From Candidatus Kerfeldbacteria bacterium (GTDB lineage: Bacteria > Patescibacteriota > Patescibacteriia > SBBC01 > CAIJZX01), in NCBI GenBank assembly GCA_016193315.1, contig JACPSJ010000004.1:1708-65707 (forward strand): DNA of 64,000 nucleotides. The letters are read 5' to 3'. Position 1 is the stretch's first letter, and every line of letters starts with the position of its first letter. Positions 57,867 to 64,000 of the stretch are shown here, piece after piece. A program made the translations under genes and the position numbers. The notes beneath the pieces were generated by a model, which had not been told where the DNA came from, searched no databases, and saw only the letters and a program-made list of their open reading frames with translations.

Positions 57867-58102
57867 AATTTCAACTGCATTGTCTCAAAAAGAAAGGGAA
57901 AAATCAAGTCAGCCCCGTTTAGAGACGAGACTGGTTTGCGTTCTCGGAAGGGATGATTCAGGATACTGGATACATCATCCGTTTTTCTGGTATCAGCTTT
58001 CGCCACTAACGGGGTCAGCGGTCAGCAAACTAACGTCACGACGGCGGGACGACCAACCCCGCACCATTTTCGGACAGTCTCCATCAATACCAAAAACGCT
58101 GG

Positions 58103-58199
58103 TGGCTCCCAGGGTCGGACTCTCCCGCCTCGATGGCGGGGTCCCGCCTGCCTCACCCTAGATTCATAGGGGCGGGAGAACCGACAACCATTGCCTTAA
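58103..58199 (-). pseudogene. 3' half of tRNA-Asn-like gene with T-loop insertion, broken in the anticodon loop
   Basis: Minus strand TTAA-GGCAA-TGGTT-GTCGG-TTC[58123-58177]GAGT-CCGAC-CCTGGGA-G-CCA. Confidence 0.78.
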
Positions 58200-58398
58200 T
58201 CCCGCCCCAGTTCGGGAACGCACATCAAGCAAAGCGCTCGTGGCTCGCCACTCCGGTCTAGAACCAACCCTTTGAAGGGTTTTGTGAGACTTTAGCGATT
58301 TTCAGGAGGAATTGAGACAAATGAGACACTACCTAAGGGGTCTGTCTTGTGTCTCAAAACCCAAGCACTTTAAACAATTTTACTCGGGTGGACAACTC

Positions 58399-59196
58399 TT
58401 AACTCGGCCTGAGCGTCCCGCTGAATATCTCCCAGGCCAGCAGAGACTTAGCTACCAGACTCAAGATCATATATGCCCGTTCCCCGTAGAGATAATCCCG
58501 CCACGGACCAACTTTTTTATACTGCAAGACCATGTTCAGCGCAAAGATAGAAAAGGTGGCAAAGATCGTAAAGACAATGGCATAGACGAATCCTGGAACA
58601 TTTACGCCCGCGCTGCTGATGGCCTTCCCGAAGTATGTAAAAATCACCAACCACGGTATTGCACCCGCAAAGACGCCAATCCAATATGCCAGCCAGCTCG
58701 TTTTCGTTGTGGACTGATTGTGCACCTCCATGACCAGTCCCATCAGATTCATGATCGCATTGAGCGAGAACAGGGCGGTCAGCAACCAGAAATCATAGAC
58801 GCCGCAGAGCATCGCGATGATCCAGATCATGACCGACGAAGACAGCATGTATTCAATCCAGCGCAGCTTGTTCATGCCTTTGGCAAGATTCGCTTCATAC
58901 CAATGGCGGAGTGGTCCGGCTAACAGGAAATGAGCGAGGGCTGAGAGAAAAAGAAAGACCGCGACGGCCGGTCCAATGCGCAGGTCAAACCAATGTTCCG
59001 GCGTTGGGGCGATGCCAAACGTCGGATTCGTCGGATCAATCCGCAGGTACGACGTGACCACGGGTAAAGACGAATCATTGCTGATTGCTACCATAACCAC
59101 GCCTTGAATAAAGTGCAGGGCGGCCATTGACCAGTTCCAGGCCCGTAAGGAGTGAAACCGCAATTCAGCAGGTGTGCTCGTGCCCATCGTGTTCAT
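58399..59196 (-). CDS. Heliorhodopsin
   Basis: AALHFIQG, NKLRWIEYMLSSSVM, retinal-Lys motif LSLVAKSLLAW; start 59196 or 59187. Confidence 0.95.
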   Translation of the reverse strand: MNTMGTSTPAELRFHSLRAWNWSMAALHFIQGVVMVAISNDSSLPVVTSYLRIDPTNPTFGIAPTPEHWFDLRIGPAVAVFLFLSALAHFLLAGPLRHWYEANLAKGMNKLRWIEYMLSSSVMIWIIAMLCGVYDFWLLTALFSLNAIMNLMGLVMEVHNQSTTKTSWLAYWIGVFAGAIPWLVIFTYFGKAISSAGVNVPGFVYAIVFTIFATFSIFALNMVLQYKKVGPWRDYLYGERAYMILSLVAKSLLAWEIFSGTLRPS

Positions 59197-59284
59197 ATGG
59201 TCGTAATTACTGTTTGTTTCATAGTCCGATTGTAGCATGTTTGCCACGCATTGAGCATCCGCTGTCGCTTGCGCCCTGGCGCCA

Positions 59285-59815
59285 CTATTGATGAATGCTC
59301 CGCCCAATCAACGTAATCGCCAGAATGCCGGCGGTGTTGAGAGCAAATGACAAGAGGAGGAACCACCTCGTTGACATCTTTGAAAAACCAATCATGGCAA
59401 TGCCGAGTTCATCCGGCAGCGGCGAGGCAATCACGATGCCGCCCAGGATCACCGACGCCCAGGTCCGGTAGCGGTTGTGATTCAACCAGGCGGTGAAGTG
59501 CTCCACAATGGAAACATGCGAGGCGCGGCCAAGTAGACGGTAAATGATCAGGTCATACGAGGCCGAACCAATGCCACCCAGAATTGCCGCCCCGATCGGA
59601 TTGACGGAGACTGGCAATTCAAAAAACATCACGGCCGAGAGTGGCGACGTAACCACATTTGCATACATCGTCCCAGCCATGAACGGTGCAAGGTATCCGA
59701 CTCCGGCGATAGCCAGAAGTGCAGACCGCCAGCTTGGGATAGCCAGAACAAGGATGGCGATCGCCACTCCAGCGGCGAATGCGATGTAGGTTATTTTTTT
59801 ATCGAGATGCATCAA
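59285..59815 (-). CDS. Hypothetical membrane protein (SPLPDE motif)
   Basis: IASPLPDELG; paralog of 51241-51753. Confidence 0.75.
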   Translation of the reverse strand: MMHLDKKITYIAFAAGVAIAILVLAIPSWRSALLAIAGVGYLAPFMAGTMYANVVTSPLSAVMFFELPVSVNPIGAAILGGIGSASYDLIIYRLLGRASHVSIVEHFTAWLNHNRYRTWASVILGGIVIASPLPDELGIAMIGFSKMSTRWFLLLSFALNTAGILAITLIGRSIHQ

Positions 59816-60098
59816 TTAATGAGTTATTCCTGATTGCCGTTTGGTAATTAAGTATACCACTTGGCTTAAAAAATGAATCTCCACGCCTTTACAGGTGTGG
59901 AACTCCCGCTAAAAATTAGACCCTCGCTTCTGCACAGTCTGTGCGACGCTTGGCTCAACCTAATCCGCCCATCGATTAATCACATCAAAATAATGATGAA
60001 CAACTGATGGCAAAATAAGAACTGAGGTTAACAAAAAAAACAGTTTTCTACCTCACCTACATCGGCTGTAACCCTGAATAGTCGCTTCAGATTGGCAC

Positions 60099-62375
60099 TT
60101 ACTCGGGCAATGTTATTCGCCCTGATCGAACGTTCACCGCCGCAGTCCCGACGTATCCACCAGTGGTATTCGCCATGACTGCAATAATGTGAGGACCGAG
60201 GACGCGTGGCACCCGCCAGCTGGCCGTGCACGTGTCAGCCAAGCAGGTTTGCAGGGGGGCTCCATCGACATAGACATCAAGTGATTGGAGAGTCGGGATG
60301 GGGGCCGTCGCGCTGGTTGAAATGGTAACCGTGCTTGGCGTACCGACCGTTTGCCCCGCGACCGGAGAAGCGATGGTCACCGCTGGGTTATGGCTGGCGT
60401 CATATGCCCCGTCGACGTCGATGATTTGGACGACAGATCCTTGCAATGTTGTGTCTTCGGCGTTGGCCACACCGACTGAAAAACTGTAGAAGCCAGTGGC
60501 GATATCGGATGGTGTGATGACTGTGAAAGCGACGTTCTGTTGCGTTAGGGCTGGTACCGAAACAGTCAGTTTCTCCGGCGAAACTGACCAGCCGCTCGGC
60601 ATCGTCGGGGTGATGGTGAATTTTGCCGGGTCGCAGGCTAGGGAGTCAGCATTGAGCATCCGGAACCCGACCGTACCTCCCGTCGTAGGGATCGCTTGAA
60701 ACGAATACTTTTTGAAGATTCGGGGTGCTCGATGAGTACAGTTCGACAAGGCCACGTTGACCTGAGCATTCGATGTCGTTACGGACTGGGTGGTGATGGC
60801 GATGCCATTGTCCGCATCGGTAAACGTTTGACTTGACCCGAGCGCGATATTTCCAGATACAGCGACGTCCGCATCGATCAGATTGGAAAGGTTGGGCGGT
60901 GTGGTGGCCATATAATTAGACAAACGAATTTGTACCCCATTCACGTTTGGATCGGTGGGGGCGTAATTGTCGAACGGGGGGAACGGTTGGCGGTACTCAA
61001 GATGGTAGTAGGTAATCTGTCCGCCACTATTGACGTTCCGAGGGATACGCAATGTCTTGAGACCGGTCCCGGGGGCTCCTAACGGTTCGATAGTGCATGG
61101 TTGGACAGCTGGGCAATCGTTATTCGAACCAACATCCTGAGTATGTGAAGCCTGAAACCAACTCAGCTGATCGCGATGGTAGGCGTGCATCAGACCGGGA
61201 TTAGAATTGCCCATCACCTCCAGTGAATCTCCGTATTCGCTCGTGGTACAGGTGCCGCCAATCGGTTGTTTGTTGCCCGAACCGTCACGACAGGTAATGC
61301 TGCCTGAGTGATTGACGCCAAATGCGTGTCCCAGTTCGTGGCCGAGAACTAGTACTTCCTGACCACTCCAGAGGTCATAAATACGGATGTTCTTGGCATT
61401 GATCAATGTTGCCCCACCGACTCCAGAATAGCATCCCGAGGGCATGGGCGTGTAATAAACGACTTTGTCATAGCTATTGAGGTCTACTCCGGGCGCGTCA
61501 AGAGGACCGTATGAACAATTGGTTGTGTTGAAGGTGGTCGTGTAGTAACCATAGACCTCCCCCGTCAGGGTCAGTTGACCGTTGGAAGCGTCGAGATAGT
61601 ATTGTTTTACAGAATTACTATTGGTGAACATGTAGCCATTCATCTGGCTAGTGGATACTGGTTGTCCACGACCCGGATACGTAAACATCAAGACCGCGAC
61701 CCGCTTGGTACCGACTGCCGCCAGCGACTGAATAGGTTCACCAATCACCTGGAGGCCAAGCGAACCCTGTGTCGACGGCGACTCGGTATTCCCCACCGGC
61801 AGTGTCATGGTGTCGTCAAGTTGCAGGCCAGTGACTTCAACCACGGTGCCCGGCTGGATGTTTGGTATCGGCCCAGCAAAATAAATTCTAAACGAATCTT
61901 CATGGCCCTCTGCTTTCACAGCGTAAAAGTACGTCGCCACCCCGAGGCGAAAGTTATCAGTATGCCCAATCCCAAACTGCCCCCTGACCGTCCTCTTCTT
62001 TTCAACGAACGACTGAACGGCCGCCGGTAAAGATCGTTGTTGGCTGTCGTTTAAACTTGTGCGTAAAAACGATGTTGGATCGTGCTTGACTAACGACAGT
62101 GCAGCGTTTTTTCTCCGCTCGGCCAGCAAGCGCAACTGATTGAGTTTTCCTGGTTTGGCCGAGGCCGTCGCTTTCTTATATTCTTCATTCAGTTTGAGAA
62201 GTTCAGTGGTCAACGATTGGAAGGTGGACAAGGTTTGTTTCTCGGTCACAAAGATATTTTTCCAAACTAAAAAACCGCCTGCCGCCAGGATACCGGCCCC
62301 AAAAATGAGTAATGCGACCGGGGCGACGGTCCAGATATGTATTTTTTGTCTTGTTTCTGCCACTTTACTTTTCAT
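60099..62375 (-). CDS. Membrane-anchored metzincin-type zinc protease (M11/M6-like) with C-terminal Ig-like domains
   Basis: TM anchor, HELGHAFGVNH (HExxHxxGxxH), EYGDSLEVMG Met-turn; start 62375 or 62423. Confidence 0.85.
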   Translation of the reverse strand: MKSKVAETRQKIHIWTVAPVALLIFGAGILAAGGFLVWKNIFVTEKQTLSTFQSLTTELLKLNEEYKKATASAKPGKLNQLRLLAERRKNAALSLVKHDPTSFLRTSLNDSQQRSLPAAVQSFVEKKRTVRGQFGIGHTDNFRLGVATYFYAVKAEGHEDSFRIYFAGPIPNIQPGTVVEVTGLQLDDTMTLPVGNTESPSTQGSLGLQVIGEPIQSLAAVGTKRVAVLMFTYPGRGQPVSTSQMNGYMFTNSNSVKQYYLDASNGQLTLTGEVYGYYTTTFNTTNCSYGPLDAPGVDLNSYDKVVYYTPMPSGCYSGVGGATLINAKNIRIYDLWSGQEVLVLGHELGHAFGVNHSGSITCRDGSGNKQPIGGTCTTSEYGDSLEVMGNSNPGLMHAYHRDQLSWFQASHTQDVGSNNDCPAVQPCTIEPLGAPGTGLKTLRIPRNVNSGGQITYYHLEYRQPFPPFDNYAPTDPNVNGVQIRLSNYMATTPPNLSNLIDADVAVSGNIALGSSQTFTDADNGIAITTQSVTTSNAQVNVALSNCTHRAPRIFKKYSFQAIPTTGGTVGFRMLNADSLACDPAKFTITPTMPSGWSVSPEKLTVSVPALTQQNVAFTVITPSDIATGFYSFSVGVANAEDTTLQGSVVQIIDVDGAYDASHNPAVTIASPVAGQTVGTPSTVTISTSATAPIPTLQSLDVYVDGAPLQTCLADTCTASWRVPRVLGPHIIAVMANTTGGYVGTAAVNVRSGRITLPE

Positions 62376-62500
62376 TACTGTCCGACTTTTCGGAAGTATA
62401 GCACTTCTTGATCCAAAAATCAATTCAAAATTTCCTAGTCTCCCTTTCGAAGGTCGACCTGCCCCGCACTACAACGAAATGATTTTGGGCAGGGATCTCG

Positions 62501-62643
62501 TGGCTCCGGAGGTCGGATTCTCCCGCCGTAGCGGCATCCCGCCAGTATTACTATTTTCTTTTTGGGGCCGGAGAATTCTCGCCCGAACCCAAGTTTATCC
62601 TGAGCATAGCGAAGGATGGTTCGGGAGACAACCATCGCCTTAA
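62501..62643 (-). pseudogene. 3' half of outer tRNA-Asn-like gene with two T-arm insertions
   Basis: Plus strand tggctccggaggtcggattc[62521-62572]gaa[insert]gacaaccatcgccttaa, then tcccgcc. Confidence 0.72.
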
Positions 62644-62652
62644 TCCCGCCAG

Positions 62653-62820
62653 CTCCGAGGGCGAGATTCGAACTCGCAACCAATCGGTTAACAGCCGATT
62701 GCTCTCCCTGGGCGCCGCGGCTCCTGCGGAGCATCGCGTCACCCGTTCGCGCGGCCGCACGTGAAGCAGTTCACGTGCTAGCTTGCAGCTGCCGCGCGAA
62801 CCCATTTCGCTACCCAGAAG
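62653..62820 (-). pseudogene. tRNA-Asn(GTT) copy disrupted in the D-loop
   Basis: 62653-62705 intact from D-stem to discriminator; ~100-bp hairpin-rich insert; degenerate 5' end at ~62808-62820. Confidence 0.75.
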
Positions 62821-62835
62821 CCTAAGCCCACCCAG

Positions 62836-62907
62836 CTCCGGGGGCGAGATTCGAACTCGCAGCCAATGGATTAACAGTCCACTGCTCTACCGTTGAGCTA
62901 CCCCGGA
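62836..62907 (-). tRNA. tRNA-Asn(GTT), intact, CCA not encoded
   Basis: TCCGGGG/CCCCGGA acceptor, GTGGA-CTGTTAA-TCCAT arm, GCGAG-TTCGAAT-CTCGC T-arm, G73. Confidence 0.95.
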
Positions 62908-63118
62908 GCTGGGTGGTCCAAGCCCAGAAAACAGATGAGAACGCCGGCAGTATAGACTCTTTTCTGTCGCCCGTCCAGACCCTGGCCGATCCAGTTGCCT
63001 CCCAAAACAGATATGGTATACTCGATTCTGCTGTACAGCTAACGAGTCTTCCTCTCGTAGGTTCAGGCCGGTAAGCGTGGTCGAGTACAGCTCTTAGTAA
63101 GTGACTCGTAAGCAGTAC

Positions 63119-63412
63119 ATGGCAAGCAAACTCTACGTTGGCGGTCTGTCCTACGACACCACCCAGGAGTCGTTGCAGCAAACGTTCTCCCAGGCTGGAT
63201 CCGTCGTCTCGGCGACCATCATTACCGATAAGATGAGCGGTCGGTCGCGCGGCTTTGGCTTCGTCGAAATGTCGACCGAGGCCGAGGCGAACAAGGCCAT
63301 TGAAATGTTCAATGGCCAGGAGCTCGATGGACGACGATTGACCGTCAACATCGCCCGCCCGATGGCTGAACGCCCGCCTCAACGAGGCGGCGGATTCCGG
63401 AATCGGTACTAA
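63119..63412 (+). CDS. RRM (RNP-1) RNA-binding protein
   Basis: KLYVGGL (RNP2), RGFGFVEM (RNP1). Confidence 0.96.
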   Translation: MASKLYVGGLSYDTTQESLQQTFSQAGSVVSATIITDKMSGRSRGFGFVEMSTEAEANKAIEMFNGQELDGRRLTVNIARPMAERPPQRGGGFRNRY

Positions 63413-63426
63413 GCGATAAAACCAAA

Positions 63427-63454
63427 GAGCCCGCTCATCAGAGTGGGTTTTTTG
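63427..63454. terminator. Terminator between convergent RRM gene and rpoD
   Basis: GAGCCCGCTC-ATCA-GAGTGGGTTT followed by a T-run. Confidence 0.6.
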
Positions 63455-63490
63455 GGGCTGGAGATGGCGGTTGGCGGAACCTGTCGGTCG

Positions 63491-64000
63491 CTAGTAATCC
63501 TTCAGCTTCGGCATGTGAGCGTGCTGCTTGATTTTGTCCAGCGCCTTCGATTCGATCTGCCGAATCCGCTCGCGGGTGACGCCGAATTCCTGACCAACTT
63601 CTTCCAGGGTGTGCGCCACGCCGTCGTGAAGCCCAAACCGCATCTCCAGAATTTTCTGTTCTCGCGGCGTCAGATCACGAATAATCGCCTGGACGTGGTC
63701 GCGAAGCAACTGTGAAGCTGCCACCTTGTCCGGGGTGACAGTCTTGACGTCCTCGATGAAGTCGCCGAGGTTTGAGTCTTCGTCATCCTCGCCGACTGGC
63801 GTCTCCAAACTGACCGTGTCTTGCGAAATCTTGATGATCTGACGAATTTTGTCGACCGTCTCACCCATCTCGGCGGCAATCTCTTCCGGCAACGGTTCGC
63901 GACCCAGGTCCTGAATCAGCTGCCTTTCCACTTGCTGGAACTTGTTGATCGTCTCAACCATGTGGACCGGGATGCGGATGGTCCGCGACTGGTCGGCCAG
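63491..64000 (-). CDS. rpoD: RNA polymerase primary sigma factor, C-terminal part (5' end outside window)
   Basis: [43 protein letters not shown]. Confidence 0.96.
   Translation of the reverse strand: MADQSRTIRIPVHMVETINKFQQVERQLIQDLGREPLPEEIAAEMGETVDKIRQIIKISQDTVSLETPVGEDDEDSNLGDFIEDVKTVTPDKVAASQLLRDHVQAIIRDLTPREQKILEMRFGLHDGVAHTLEEVGQEFGVTRERIRQIESKALDKIKQHAHMPKLKDY

Noticed and set aside
59876-59903. IS200/IS605-like terminal hairpin (tccacgcctttacaggtgtgga)
   Set aside because: Single short hairpin with no tnpA/tnpB or partner end; insufficient to call an element.
1-64000. Alternative genetic code (TGA read-through)
   Set aside because: Conserved genes such as parA, parB, sufB and sufS are full length and end at TGA under code 11.

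Overview
High-GC bacterial chromosome segment. Gene content (giant surface protein, LCP-pth-mfd-dprA-topA, parAB, CAP/C39/M23 secreted proteins, heliorhodopsin, many short palindromic repeats) suggests Patescibacteria/CPR; this is inference. Positions 1-10286 hold one minus-strand ORF of more than 3400 codons that the ORF track omits because it has no stop in the window. It fuses an N-terminal MerR/excisionase-type HTH and a transmembrane helix to a huge extracellular region. The rest is housekeeping genes, a Fur-led SUF operon interleaved with NUDIX/HIT/VOC genes, a hicB-hicA module between 50-bp direct repeats, and the 3' end of rpoD. The most unusual signal is at the tRNA loci. At 28.9-29.35 kb an intact tRNA-Met(CAT) sits inside an inverted-repeat-bounded insert in the anticodon loop of a second tRNA-Met, which itself sits in the anticodon loop of a third. 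tRNA-Asn at 62.5-62.9 kb shows a similar pattern. Four broken tRNA copies carry the same TCCCGC..GCGGGA double hairpin at the same T-loop position (56/57). Six of seven broken copies encode CCA and none of the four intact genes does. No CRISPR array, integrase or transposase is visible.
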